A stretch of DNA of 64,000 bases, taken from NCBI GenBank assembly GCA_934255455.1, contig CAKQNS010000001.1, positions 33,826 to 97,825 on the forward strand, written 5' to 3'. Shown here piece after piece: positions 45,315 through 55,303 of this stretch. Position 1 is the first letter of the stretch, and every line of letters begins with the position of its first letter. The notes under the pieces are model-generated. The model had not been told where the DNA came from. It did not search any database and saw nothing but the letters and a program-made list of their open reading frames with translations. The stretch is from an uncultured Alphaproteobacteria bacterium. GTDB lineage: Bacteria > Pseudomonadota > Alphaproteobacteria > Rs-D84. Position numbers and translations under genes: made by a program.

Positions 45315-47852
45315 GTGGCGGAAAAATCAAAATTGACCCCCGTTATGCAGCAATACATGGATATGAAATCTGAAAATCCAGATGCGTTGCTGATGTTTCG
45401 TTTGGGGGATTTTTATGAATCTTTTTTCGAAGATGCAAAAACAATCAGCCAAAATTTGGGGCTGGTTTTGACGGCGCGTGGTACCGATGGGGCGGGCGTG
45501 GATATTCCAATGTGTGGTATTCCATGGCATGCCGCCGATAACTATTTCGGTCGTTTGGTTCGTGCGGGGTTTAATGTCGCATTGGTTGAACAAATGGAAA
45601 CCCCGGCCCAGGCCAAGGCGCGTGGTCACAAATACATTGAACGAAAAATTATTCGTGTGTTGACGCCCGGGACACTGACCGATGAAAATCTGTTGACACC
45701 AAAAAATTCTAATTTCTTGGTTGCGGTTGTGCCAGACGCAGATGCGTTTGATATTGCCGGGTGTGATATTTCAACGGGCGAATTTTTTGTTGGCCGCACG
45801 GCCGATGCGCTGGACGATTTGGTTCGTATAAATCCCGCGGAAATTATTTACCCGGAATCCACGGCCGAGGATAAAACAATTGCACAATTGCGTGACATTT
45901 TCAAAACAACACCGGTGTATGAAAAACTGTATCGCCGCACTGATATAAATCAAATTGTGTTGCGTGTGTTTGGTGGCGCGTCGGATGGCGATTGTACAAT
46001 TGCCGCACCTGCGATTGAAATATTGGCGGGATATTTATTTAATACCCAGCGGGACGCCACAACGACATTTCGTGCGCCGTATATCTATAAATCGGGACGG
46101 CAATTATTGATTGATTCGGCCACCTGGCGCAGTTTGGAAATAGATGCACCAATCGCCGACGGTGGTGCGTGTTTGATTGATGTGTTGGATAAAACAAAAA
46201 CGGCGGCGGGTGCGCGAAAATTGCGTGGGTATATGCGTGCGCTGTCGGGCGATTTGGCCGAAATTCAAAATCGCCAGGAACACATTGGACATTTGATGCT
46301 AAATCCAAATGTCGCGGGACGCGTTGCGGTCGCATTGTCGGGGGTACCCGATGTCGGGCGCAGTTTAACCAGATTGTTGTCGGGGCGGGGCACGCCGCGC
46401 GATATGCGCCATGTTGCAGATTTCTTGATTGAATTGCCTAATTTCAAATTTATGGCAACGGATTTGGACCCGTCTATGGCGGCGCGTTTTTCGGCCATAG
46501 ATACGCATGATGAATTGGCACTTAAACTGCAAAATGCGCTGGCACCGGAATTGCCGACATTTTTCCGCGATGGTGGCACAATTCGCGATGGATTTGACGC
46601 GGCGTTGGATAATATGCGCAACCTGGCCCACGGGGCCAAGGAAACAATCGCGCGCCTGCAATCAGAATATGCGGCGCGTACCGGCGTGCACACACTGAAA
46701 ATAAAATACAACAATATTTTGGGATATTTTATCGAGGTTCCATCCGCCCGCGCGGACACATTGATGGCGCCAGAATCTGGGTTTATTCATCGGCAAACAT
46801 TGGCGGGAAATATGCGTTTTACGACCGCTCAATTGATTGATTTGGATAACGATGTGCGCAGTGCCGCCGAAAAGGCTGCGGGCATAGAATCTGAAATTAT
46901 TGCCCAGATAATAAACGAAATTCGTTCTATTTCAGATGACTTGCTGGCGGTGGCGGATTTACTGGCGGAATTGGATGTGTGGTATGCGTTGGCCACGGTT
47001 GCAGATATGTATTCGTGGGTGCGTCCAAAAATGACCGATGACAATGCGTTTGATGTTGTTGGCGGTCGGCACCCGGTAATCGAGTGGGTATTGCGTGCAC
47101 GTGGGGACAATTTTGTTAAAAATGATTGCAATTTGAATGCGCGCCCAATCGCATTGCTGACCGGGCCTAATATGGCCGGTAAATCGACATACCTGCGCCA
47201 GAATGCATTGATTGTTGTGTTGGCACATTTGGGTTCTTTTGTTCCGGCCACCGCCGCAACAATCGGAATATGTGACCAATTGTTCAGCCGTGTCGGTGCG
47301 TCGGATAACCTGGCCGCGGGGCAATCCACATTTATGGTAGAAATGAGCGAGACGGCCAACATCCTGCGTCGGTGTACGAAAAAATCGTTTATTATTTTTG
47401 ATGAAATTGGTCGTGGTACCGCAACATGGGATGGTATGGCAATTGCCCAGGCGGTATTGGAATATTTGGATGATTTGGCACCGCGAACACTGTTTGCAAC
47501 ACACTATCATGAATTGACCGCATTGGTGGGTGATGCGCCGGACAAATTGCGCAATGTTATGTGTTTGACCATTGATGTGCGTGAACATAATAACGATATT
47601 GTATTTATGCATAAAATTGTGGCGGGTGTTGCGAATCGGTCATACGGTATTCATGTGGCGCGTATGGCGGGTATGCCGCAATCGGTTGTCGCACGCGCGG
47701 AAACGGTGTTGGCGGGGTTGGAATCTGGCGTAACCGCCGCGGCTGCAACGCCGGACACAACGGCTGGCGAATGCACCGCGTCGGTCAAAAAAACGCAACG
47801 CGTGGCCCAGCCGCACGCCGCATCGCAACTAAATTTATTCGGAGAGGGATAA
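45315..47852 (+). CDS. mutS: DNA mismatch repair protein MutS
   Basis: Walker A GPNMAGKSTYLRQ and the mismatch-binding N-terminus TPVMQQYMDMK. Confidence 0.95.
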   Translation: MAEKSKLTPVMQQYMDMKSENPDALLMFRLGDFYESFFEDAKTISQNLGLVLTARGTDGAGVDIPMCGIPWHAADNYFGRLVRAGFNVALVEQMETPAQAKARGHKYIERKIIRVLTPGTLTDENLLTPKNSNFLVAVVPDADAFDIAGCDISTGEFFVGRTADALDDLVRINPAEIIYPESTAEDKTIAQLRDIFKTTPVYEKLYRRTDINQIVLRVFGGASDGDCTIAAPAIEILAGYLFNTQRDATTTFRAPYIYKSGRQLLIDSATWRSLEIDAPIADGGACLIDVLDKTKTAAGARKLRGYMRALSGDLAEIQNRQEHIGHLMLNPNVAGRVAVALSGVPDVGRSLTRLLSGRGTPRDMRHVADFLIELPNFKFMATDLDPSMAARFSAIDTHDELALKLQNALAPELPTFFRDGGTIRDGFDAALDNMRNLAHGAKETIARLQSEYAARTGVHTLKIKYNNILGYFIEVPSARADTLMAPESGFIHRQTLAGNMRFTTAQLIDLDNDVRSAAEKAAGIESEIIAQIINEIRSISDDLLAVADLLAELDVWYALATVADMYSWVRPKMTDDNAFDVVGGRHPVIEWVLRARGDNFVKNDCNLNARPIALLTGPNMAGKSTYLRQNALIVVLAHLGSFVPATAATIGICDQLFSRVGASDNLAAGQSTFMVEMSETANILRRCTKKSFIIFDEIGRGTATWDGMAIAQAVLEYLDDLAPRTLFATHYHELTALVGDAPDKLRNVMCLTIDVREHNNDIVFMHKIVAGVANRSYGIHVARMAGMPQSVVARAETVLAGLESGVTAAAATPDTTAGECTASVKKTQRVAQPHAASQLNLFGEG

Positions 47853-47871
47853 AACACACAAAGGAACCAAA

Positions 47872-48387
47872 ATGGACGAAATAAAAAATAATGGCCGTAT
47901 ACTGTTTACATACAGAACACCGTTTTATGACCCTATATATTCCGAATTCTGGAACAGAGTTGAATTGTATAATTTTTTAAGCAACTTGAATTTTATGAAA
48001 TCGCATTTTCCAACAAATATGACTGTGGGTATGCCGGAATTTCAGTTGGGCATTCGCACGGCGTACAACATTGATGGCAGTTTGTATAAATCTGATATTG
48101 AATGGGGGCCACGATTCTTGGTCGCGCATAATGTGTCAATGGCATCACACAACGAATTGATTTCGGCGGAAATCCCGATGGATGCGTACAAGAATTCCGA
48201 TCCATTGGTGCAACGCACATTGCGTCGCGTTCCATTGGCGGTTGGCGAATATGATGCGGTTCTGGATATGCATAAAATGAACAAAATAGACCAGATTTGG
48301 CCACCCGCACGCAGCCATGAAAAAACCGTATTTGCACAATTTATGGCGCATGCGTTGCGTTGCCAAAATAAATTGCGGGGACGCTAG
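47872..48387 (+). CDS. hypothetical protein (171 aa)
   Basis: Strong aaagga SD; no family recognised. It occupies the position where rbfA normally precedes truB. Confidence 0.4.
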   Translation: MDEIKNNGRILFTYRTPFYDPIYSEFWNRVELYNFLSNLNFMKSHFPTNMTVGMPEFQLGIRTAYNIDGSLYKSDIEWGPRFLVAHNVSMASHNELISAEIPMDAYKNSDPLVQRTLRRVPLAVGEYDAVLDMHKMNKIDQIWPPARSHEKTVFAQFMAHALRCQNKLRGR

Positions 48388-48394
48388 GGGCGCG

Positions 48395-49267
48395 ATGTCA
48401 TCTGGTTGGATTATTTTAGACAAAGAGTCAGGCCTGTTCAGTCGCACGGCCAGCACGCGTGTGGCGCGTATGTTTGATGCGCGCACGGCGGGGCACATTG
48501 GCACATTGGACCCAATGGCAACCGGTGTATTACCAATTGCAATTGGCGACGCAACCAAAATGATTCCGTTTGTCGAGGACGCACAACCCAACATCAAAGA
48601 ATATGTTTTTTCAATGGTGTTTGGCGTTGAAACCGACACATTGGATATAACGGGGCGTGTCATGCGGCGCAACGATTTTGTGCCGGCGTCATCCGATGTT
48701 ATTGCCGCATTGCCACGGTTTATTGGCCACATTCGTCAAACACCACCTGCATACAGCGCGGTACATGTATCGGGCCATCGCGCATACGAATTGGCGCGCC
48801 GTGGCGCCGATGTTGTGCCTGCGCCCCGCGATGTTGATATTTTTGAATTGGAAATTTTGAATCACACTGGCATGTCATGGCAATTTCGTGCGCGTTGCAG
48901 TCGCGGAACATACATTCGCGCATTGGCGCGTGACATTGCATCGGCCGTGGGTGCGATTGCCACGGTTGATATGATACGTCGTACGCAATCGGGGGCGTTT
49001 ACATTAAAAAACGCGGTAAAACTTGATTTTCTGGAAAAACTGGTCAATAATAACGGCGATTTCAGAAAATATCTGGAACCAATTGATTTCGGACTGGGGG
49101 ACATTCCGGTTTGGAATCTGGACGATAAATCGGCCACGTTGTATAAAAACGGTGGGTTTATCCAAACGGGTGGGGCGGACGGCCTGATGCGCGTATATTC
49201 TGGTGATGCGTTCATTGGAATTGGCGTGATTGCAGACGGTGTGCTGCGCCCAAAACGAACAATTTAA
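48395..49267 (+). CDS. truB: tRNA pseudouridine-55 synthase
   Basis: Catalytic Asp motif GHIGTLDPMATGVL. Confidence 0.85.
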   Translation: MSSGWIILDKESGLFSRTASTRVARMFDARTAGHIGTLDPMATGVLPIAIGDATKMIPFVEDAQPNIKEYVFSMVFGVETDTLDITGRVMRRNDFVPASSDVIAALPRFIGHIRQTPPAYSAVHVSGHRAYELARRGADVVPAPRDVDIFELEILNHTGMSWQFRARCSRGTYIRALARDIASAVGAIATVDMIRRTQSGAFTLKNAVKLDFLEKLVNNNGDFRKYLEPIDFGLGDIPVWNLDDKSATLYKNGGFIQTGGADGLMRVYSGDAFIGIGVIADGVLRPKRTI

Positions 49268-49284
49268 CGACAAAGGAAAATATA

Positions 49285-49557
49285 ATGTCCGTTACAAAAG
49301 AAAAAAAGAGCGAATTAATCGCCGCATTCAAAACAACTGAACATGATAACGGCGGCTCGGCTGCATCCCAGGTTGCTGTTTTGACAGAACGCATCCGCAA
49401 TCTGACAGAACACATGAAGGCTAACCACAAGGACCAGCATTCTAAACGCGGTTTGTTGTTGATGGTAAATCGTCGCAAAAAATTGTTGGCGTACATCAAA
49501 AAGAACAGTGTTGCTGAATACGAAGAACTGATTAAAAAATTGGGTCTGCGTAAATAA
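49285..49557 (+). CDS. rpsO: 30S ribosomal protein S15
   Basis: Typical S15 helical protein (DTGSAAS.QVA.LTERI..LTEH...HKKD.HS.RGL). Confidence 0.95.
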   Translation: MSVTKEKKSELIAAFKTTEHDNGGSAASQVAVLTERIRNLTEHMKANHKDQHSKRGLLLMVNRRKKLLAYIKKNSVAEYEELIKKLGLRK

Positions 49558-49558
49558 T

Positions 49559-49585
49559 TAAATCCCGCCGGTGGCGGGATTTTTA
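49559..49585 (+). terminator. rpsO intrinsic terminator
   Basis: aaatcccgccggtggcgggattttta. Confidence 0.6.
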
Positions 49586-49586
49586 T

Positions 49587-49614
49587 TTGCATTGACGCAA
49601 ATATCTTTTATAAT
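49587..49614 (+). promoter_or_regulatory. candidate sigma-70 promoter for pnp
   Basis: TTGCAT, 16 nt, TATAAT. It is followed by a roughly 110-nt leader containing the inverted repeat ttgcattttgcgcaaatgcaa. Confidence 0.45.
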
Positions 49615-49723
49615 CAGTCGGTGCGAAGGGGAAATTGTTCATTCTTGCATTTTGCGCAAATGCAAAAACGAATGATTTTTCTTCGCATTGAATAACAAAC
49701 TTACAAACAAATGGAGAAAAATA

Positions 49724-51892
49724 ATGTTGTTTGGTTTATTTGATAAAGGTGAACACGCACATTTGAATAATCCCGTCGTGGTCGAGGTACCATACGGTGA
49801 CGAAGTGTTGCGTCTGGAAACAGGCCGCATGGCGAAACAGGCCAACGGTGCCGTTTTGGCAACAATGGGTGGCACAATGGTTTTGGCAACTGTCTGTGCG
49901 GAAAAGACCGCGGTCGAAGGTCAGGATTTCTTTCCGTTGACTGTTGATTACCAGGAAAAATTCGCGTCTGCCGGTCGTATCCCGGGTTCGCGTGATCGCC
50001 GCGAGGGCAAGGCATCAACCGCTGAAACATTGATTGCGCGTTTGATTGACCGCCCAATTCGTCCGTTGTTCCCAGAAACATTCAAGAACAAGGTTCAAAT
50101 TATCGCACAGACATTTTCGTATGATAAAAAGAACCAGCCAGATATCTTGGCGATGATTGCGTCGTCTGCGGCGTTGGCATTGTCGGGCGTTCCGTTTGCG
50201 GGTCCAATTGGTGCGGCGCGTGTCGGATATATGGACGGTAAATACATCTTGAATCCGTCCAAAAAGGTTGTCGAAGATTCTGAAATGGATTTGGTTGTTG
50301 CGGCAACCAAAGACGGCGTTCTGATGGTTGAATCTGAAATCGGCGAATTGGATGAAAAGACAACATTGGGTGCGGTGAAATTTGGTTTTGATGCGCAACA
50401 GGTTGTGATTCAGGCAATCAACGAATTGACCGAAAAATGCGGCAAAGAGCGTTGGGCAACACCTGAAAAGTCCGCTGAATACATCGCAATGGAATCTGAT
50501 TTTGAACGCTTTGCGGGCGACATTGAAAACGCATTGCAGATAAAGGAAAAATTGGTTCGTTTGGATACATTGGCGAATATTCATGCCGCGGCCAAGGCAC
50601 GCATCCCAGAATTGTTCCCAGATACAACAACCGCGACATCCACACTGGAATCGTTTGCCGATGAAATTGTTGAAAACATTACCGCGCGTATTATGCGTGG
50701 CAACATTTTGGCCGGCAAACCGCGTATTGACGGTCGTGACACTAAAACTGTGCGTCCGATTGAAATTGAATTGGGCGTATTGCCACGCGCACATGGTTCG
50801 GCCCTGTTTACACGCGGCGAAACCCAGGCACTGGTGTCGTTGACATTGGGCGGCGGCAAAGATGCGTTGCCATTGGAATCATTGGATGGTGCCGAAGAAC
50901 GCGACTTTATCTTGAACTATAATTTCCCAGGCTATTCCGTGGGCGAGGCCAAGGGTCTGAAATCGCCGGGCCGTCGCGAATTGGGTCATGGTAATTTGGC
51001 ATGGCGTGCGTTGCACCCAATGGTGCCAAGTCGTGAAAAATTCGACTATGTAATCCGCGTTGTATCGGATATTTTGGAATCCAACGGTTCATCGTCAATG
51101 GCGACAACATGTGGCGCAACATTGGCAATGATGGACGGTGGTGTTCCATTGACACGTCCAGTTGCGGGTATCGCCATGGGCTTGATTAAAGAGGGCGATG
51201 ATTACGCAATCTTGACCGATATCTTGGGCGACGAAGATCACTTGGGCGATATGGATTTCAAGGTGACCGGTACCGATCACGGTATTACTGCGTTGCAGAT
51301 GGATATTAAAATCACATCTATCACATTTGAAATCATGGAAAAAGCATTGGCCCAGGCAAAAGATGGCCGTATGCATATCTTGGGCAAAATTGAAAAAGCA
51401 ATCAAAGCCCCACGCGACCATGTGTCTGAATATGCCCCACAGGCATACACCATGAAAATCAATCCAGACAAGGTTCGTGATGTTATCGGCAAGGGCGGCA
51501 GTGTTATCCAGGCATTGACACGCGAAACCAACACCCAAATTGATTTGGAAGATGATGGTACCGTGAAAATTATGGCCACAACCAAAGAAGATGCCGATGC
51601 CGCAATCGCGCGTATCAAAGACATCGTTGCCGAACCAGAGGTTGGCATGATTTACGCCGGCACCGTATCAGGGGTCAAAGATTTTGGTCTGTTCGTAAAA
51701 ATCTTGAACGGATTTGAATCTATGGTTCATATTTCTGAAATCACAGGCGAACGCATTGCCAAGATTGAAGACACCAAGATTCACGAAGGGGACAAGGTTT
51801 ATGTCCGCTATCTGGGTGCCGACAAACGCGGCAAAACGCGTATGTCCATGGTCGGCATTGACCAGAAAACAGGTCGTGAAATCGCTGACTAG
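49724..51892 (+). CDS. pnp: polynucleotide phosphorylase
   Basis: Two RNase PH domains, then KH and S1 domains. The start is at the internal ATG with a ggaga SD. Confidence 0.95.
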   Translation: MLFGLFDKGEHAHLNNPVVVEVPYGDEVLRLETGRMAKQANGAVLATMGGTMVLATVCAEKTAVEGQDFFPLTVDYQEKFASAGRIPGSRDRREGKASTAETLIARLIDRPIRPLFPETFKNKVQIIAQTFSYDKKNQPDILAMIASSAALALSGVPFAGPIGAARVGYMDGKYILNPSKKVVEDSEMDLVVAATKDGVLMVESEIGELDEKTTLGAVKFGFDAQQVVIQAINELTEKCGKERWATPEKSAEYIAMESDFERFAGDIENALQIKEKLVRLDTLANIHAAAKARIPELFPDTTTATSTLESFADEIVENITARIMRGNILAGKPRIDGRDTKTVRPIEIELGVLPRAHGSALFTRGETQALVSLTLGGGKDALPLESLDGAEERDFILNYNFPGYSVGEAKGLKSPGRRELGHGNLAWRALHPMVPSREKFDYVIRVVSDILESNGSSSMATTCGATLAMMDGGVPLTRPVAGIAMGLIKEGDDYAILTDILGDEDHLGDMDFKVTGTDHGITALQMDIKITSITFEIMEKALAQAKDGRMHILGKIEKAIKAPRDHVSEYAPQAYTMKINPDKVRDVIGKGGSVIQALTRETNTQIDLEDDGTVKIMATTKEDADAAIARIKDIVAEPEVGMIYAGTVSGVKDFGLFVKILNGFESMVHISEITGERIAKIEDTKIHEGDKVYVRYLGADKRGKTRMSMVGIDQKTGREIAD

Positions 51893-51905
51893 GTAAAAAT
51901 GGGTT

Positions 51906-51935
51906 ATGCGCCCCGCATGGGGCGCATATTTTATT
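51906..51935 (+). terminator. pnp intrinsic terminator
   Basis: atgcgcccc-gcat-ggggcgcat followed by attttatt. Confidence 0.6.
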
Positions 51936-51951
51936 ACGGGGGGATTTTAAT

Positions 51952-52251
51952 ATGGATATGCAAGATTTAATGGCCCAGGCCGCCGAATTACAGAACAAGG
52001 TCGCGGCCGCCCAGGAAAAATTGGCATCTATGCGTGTGTCCGGAATTGCCGATGACGGCGCATGCGTAATAACAATGTCGGGTAAATATGATTTGGTGGG
52101 CGTCAGCCTGCGGCCAGATGTGTTGGCGCGTGGCGCAGACGCGGTTGCGGCGTTGGTTTCGGCGGCATATAACGATGCCAAGGCCAAGGCCGACACCATG
52201 ATAGACGATGTTATGGGCGCGGCAACCGCCGGTATGCCGATACCCGAATAA
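51952..52251 (+). CDS. ybaB: nucleoid-associated protein YbaB/EbfC
   Basis: 99 aa with MQDLMAQAAELQNKVAAAQEKLASM...; not linked to dnaX or recR here. Confidence 0.8.
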   Translation: MDMQDLMAQAAELQNKVAAAQEKLASMRVSGIADDGACVITMSGKYDLVGVSLRPDVLARGADAVAALVSAAYNDAKAKADTMIDDVMGAATAGMPIPE

Positions 52252-52296
52252 AAAACTGGACAAACGGTAAAAAATCAATTATGATTTGCCGGCTTT

Positions 52297-52373
52297 GGAT
52301 GTTTAGCTCAGTTGATTAGAGCATCTCGTTTACACCGAGAGGGTCGGGGGTTTGAGTCCCTCAACATCCACCA
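52297..52373 (+). tRNA. tRNA-Val (anticodon TAC)
   Basis: ggatgtttagctcagttgattagagca, anticodon stem tctcg/cgaga with loop ttTACac, then gggggtttgagtccctc-aacatcc-a-cca. Confidence 0.85.
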
Positions 52374-52379
52374 AGATAA

Positions 52380-52412
52380 AATAAAAACCACCCACGCGGT
52401 GGTTTTTGTTTT
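52380..52412 (+). terminator. terminator after tRNA-Val
   Basis: aaaaaccacc-cacgc-ggtggtttttgtttt. Confidence 0.55.
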
Positions 52413-52585
52413 GTCGTTTGTGTGTATATTTCGGGACGCAAATCACCGTAACGGGGGTTTGAACCGCAGTGCAAAGGCGGAATAACGCCGGTCGCCGAAT
52501 GGCGATTGCACCAGGTCGGTGCGCGTATGCGCACCAATCCCGAACCGCCGATTCAACCGCCACCTGTGGCGGTTTAATTTTTATC
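52413..52585 (+). ncRNA. candidate small structured RNA (unclassified)
   Basis: A roughly 170-nt GC-rich island with no ORF. It has internal palindromes (ggtgcgcgtatgcgcacc and tcgccgaatggcga) and ends in its own terminator ccgccacctgtggcgg plus tttaattttt. Confidence 0.2.
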
Positions 52586-52625
52586 GCGGCGGAGCGCCAG
52601 CGGAGACGGATGCTCTCTCATTTCT
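52581..52625. repeat. partial repeat copy R8 (ttatcgcggcggagcgccagcggagacggatgctctct module)
   Basis: Same module as at 28955-29000 and 36400-36435. Confidence 0.4.
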
Positions 52626-52677
52626 TGCGTGCGGGATTTTTTATGCTACAATGTTCCCCGAACAAGGAGAAATTATA

Positions 52678-53325
52678 ATGAAAAAATATGCAATTTTAGC
52701 GGCACTGGCAACCGTGTTGTCAGGATGCGCAACCACAAACCCCTACACGGGCGAGGCCCAAACATCCAAGGCCGTATGGGGCACCGCAATCGGTGCGGCA
52801 ACGGGCGCGGCGACCGGCGCATTGGTATCTGGTAATCGTGGCAAGGGCGCATTGGTTGGCGGTTTGGCTGGTGCGGCCGTTGGTGGCGGCGTTGGTTACT
52901 ATCTGGATGTGCAAGAGGCCGAACTGCGTCAAGAATTGGCATCGACCGGTGTCAGCGTCGTCCGTAATGGCGACAGCATTCGTCTGATTATGCCGGGCAA
53001 TATCACATTCAAGACAGATTCTGCGGACATCAATGCGGGATTTTATGCAACATTGAACTCGGTCGCCAAGGTTTTGAATAAATACAGCAATTCAACCGTT
53101 ATGGTGTCGGGCTTTACCGACAGCACGGGCAGTGCGGAATACAACCAGACACTGTCGCGTAATCGCGCAAACGCAGTTGCCGCGTACTTGCAAGGCCAGG
53201 GTGTCAAGGCATCGCGTTTTGAAATTCTGGGCATGGGATCGTCCAATCCAATCGCGTCAAATGCCGATGCGGCTGGCCGTCAGCAAAACAGACGTGTTGA
53301 AATCAAAATTATTCCAAATAAATAA
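52678..53325 (+). CDS. OmpA-family lipoprotein with glycine-zipper N-domain
   Basis: Lipobox VLSGC; Gly-zipper GAATGAATGALVSG...GGLAGAAVGGGVG; C-terminal OmpA-like domain (TDSTGSAEYNQTLSRNRA...NRRVEI). Confidence 0.8.
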   Translation: MKKYAILAALATVLSGCATTNPYTGEAQTSKAVWGTAIGAATGAATGALVSGNRGKGALVGGLAGAAVGGGVGYYLDVQEAELRQELASTGVSVVRNGDSIRLIMPGNITFKTDSADINAGFYATLNSVAKVLNKYSNSTVMVSGFTDSTGSAEYNQTLSRNRANAVAAYLQGQGVKASRFEILGMGSSNPIASNADAAGRQQNRRVEIKIIPNK

Positions 53326-53353
53326 AAAACGGGGCATTCGCCCCGTTTTTTTA
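53324..53353. terminator. bidirectional terminator between the OmpA-like gene and rlmN
   Basis: aaaacggggcattcgccccgttttttt. Confidence 0.6.
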
Positions 53354-54457
53354 TTTGCCGGCGTTATTTAACCGTAATTGCCCACATGCCGATCCGATGT
53401 CGCTGCCGCGTTCGCGACGAATACGCGCATGAATCCCGTTTTTAATCAATATATCCTGGAAACGGTGCACGGCATTGCCCGATGGCGACGCGAAATCGCG
53501 TTCATCAACCGCGTTCCACGGTATTAAATTCACCATGCAATTTTTCCCGCGCAACAGTTCTGATAACTTTTCGGCATATTCCGGCGTGCAGTTAAACAGT
53601 TCCACATCGCCATTGGCATTTCTGCGCGCCAATAAAATATATTCAATCATCAGTTGGCGATTATGCAGGGCGGTAAATTCGTCTGCGGCGGCCAATACAT
53701 CTGCCAATTTATATTTATTATTTATCGGCATAATTTGACCGCGTAATTCGTCGGTCGGCGCGTGCAGTGATATTGCCAAATTGATTGGTCGACCCCATGC
53801 AATCAGTTCGCGTATTCCCGGCACAACCCCGCATGTGGAAACGGTAATTCGACGCCACCCGATACCCATATCGCGATTCGCGCGCTCGCAAAATCCAATA
53901 ACATTTTCCGTATTTTGTAATGGTTCGCCCGTGCCCATAACAACAATATGTGATACATCGCCATTATTTGCATCCCCATTTGCATGAATAGGACGCGCGC
54001 GTGCCGCATCACGGTCGCGACGCAATTCCCATTGGGCAACCAAGATTTGTGAAAATATTTCGTCTGCGGTTAAATTCCGTTTCAGTCCCAACAGTGTGCT
54101 GGCACAGAATTTACATCCCATGGCGCAACCGGCCTGGGAACTGACGCATACGCTGTTGCCGTACGATGTGCGCATCAGCACGCATTCAATCTGTTCGCAA
54201 TCGTTCAGTTCCAGCAAGAATTTTGTTGTTTCGCCGTCGGTTGATTCCAATTTCTTTACAATTTTCACCGGCAATGTTTGCGCCACCGCGTCCAAATCAT
54301 GACGCAGCGCATCGGGCAGATTTTTCATCACAGAAAAATCAGGCGCACCCCGATTTAACCACTCGCGAATTTGTTTTGCGCGGAAACGCGGCTGGCCCAT
54401 ATCGGTTATGAATTTTTCCAATTCGCCATCGGTAAAACTAAATAAAATCGGTTTCAT
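53351..54457 (-). CDS. rlmN: 23S rRNA/tRNA m2A methyltransferase RlmN (radical SAM)
   Basis: CAMGCKFCAST radical-SAM motif and full-length RlmN/Cfr architecture. Confidence 0.9.
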   Translation of the reverse strand: MKPILFSFTDGELEKFITDMGQPRFRAKQIREWLNRGAPDFSVMKNLPDALRHDLDAVAQTLPVKIVKKLESTDGETTKFLLELNDCEQIECVLMRTSYGNSVCVSSQAGCAMGCKFCASTLLGLKRNLTADEIFSQILVAQWELRRDRDAARARPIHANGDANNGDVSHIVVMGTGEPLQNTENVIGFCERANRDMGIGWRRITVSTCGVVPGIRELIAWGRPINLAISLHAPTDELRGQIMPINNKYKLADVLAAADEFTALHNRQLMIEYILLARRNANGDVELFNCTPEYAEKLSELLRGKNCMVNLIPWNAVDERDFASPSGNAVHRFQDILIKNGIHARIRRERGSDIGSACGQLRLNNAGK

Positions 54458-55284
54458 AATTTGTATTTGTCGTCGTTTATAACAATAACTGCCTTGCGGC
54501 GCAATTGTTTCAGTTGCTGATCGGCAATAAACATTGCCTGTTTGAATGTGGCGTTTTGTTTGATTATGTCGTCCAGTTTGCCGTATTCGGCCGTTTTTTT
54601 CGTGTTGCAGACCAATAATACCGAACCATCAACCACCGGTGACCAGGCGAGAAGCGGCAGCGTTGCCACACGCGCGCGAATATCGGCGGACAATTCGTAT
54701 TGCAATGCGGTGAATTTCTGTGGTGCACCGCCCAAATTTTCGGCCATTTTAATCGCGTCATCACACGATTTTGGCGTGGTCAGTTTTGCCGCAACATCGG
54801 TCGGAATATCAACCAGACGCACAATCGTCATTTCAATTGGCAACCCGGTTTCGCGCGCGATGTTTGCGCGTTCTGTGGCAATATCATCGGCGGAAATATC
54901 AACGGTTGGCATAATGGTGCGCCCAACAATCATTTGCCATGCAATTTCCGCGCGCAATGCACTGCGTGCCATTTCGCGTTCACTTTCGGTTAAATCGCCC
55001 AGATTCATTTTCTTTAATTCGTTGTTTACAACAGAATCTTCGGGGACGGCGTGAAAATTTTTGGCATATTCGGTTTTGACATAATCGTCAATTATGCTCT
55101 GTAATGCGACACGGCGGTTGTCGGTCGATGTTTTGCCCTGGCGCGACATCAGTTTTACGCGTGCGGTAATATCGGTGTCGGTAATTGGTGTGCCGCCGAC
55201 AGATGCGACAACCGTCGCCGCGTGCGCGGTGCCAAAAACGGTGCAAGTGCACATTGCAATCGCCAACATAAATGTACGCTTCAT
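54454..55284 (-). CDS. SurA N-terminal-domain periplasmic chaperone-like protein (no PPIase domain evident)
   Basis: Signal peptide and a SurA-N-like region. It sits directly downstream of lptD, as surA does in the lptD-surA arrangement. Confidence 0.5.
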   Translation of the reverse strand: MKRTFMLAIAMCTCTVFGTAHAATVVASVGGTPITDTDITARVKLMSRQGKTSTDNRRVALQSIIDDYVKTEYAKNFHAVPEDSVVNNELKKMNLGDLTESEREMARSALRAEIAWQMIVGRTIMPTVDISADDIATERANIARETGLPIEMTIVRLVDIPTDVAAKLTTPKSCDDAIKMAENLGGAPQKFTALQYELSADIRARVATLPLLAWSPVVDGSVLLVCNTKKTAEYGKLDDIIKQNATFKQAMFIADQQLKQLRRKAVIVINDDKYKL

Positions 55285-55303
55285 GTGTTTATCCCCCTGG
55301 ACT

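Noticed and set aside
52413-52585. SRP (4.5S) RNA, tmRNA, RNase P RNA or 6S RNA in the GC-rich ORF-less island, and elsewhere in the window.
   Set aside because: The conserved cores (GGAAGCAGC for SRP, the tRNA-like ends of tmRNA with ..CCACCA, the P4/GNRA landmarks of RNase P) are not present. Left as an unclassified candidate.
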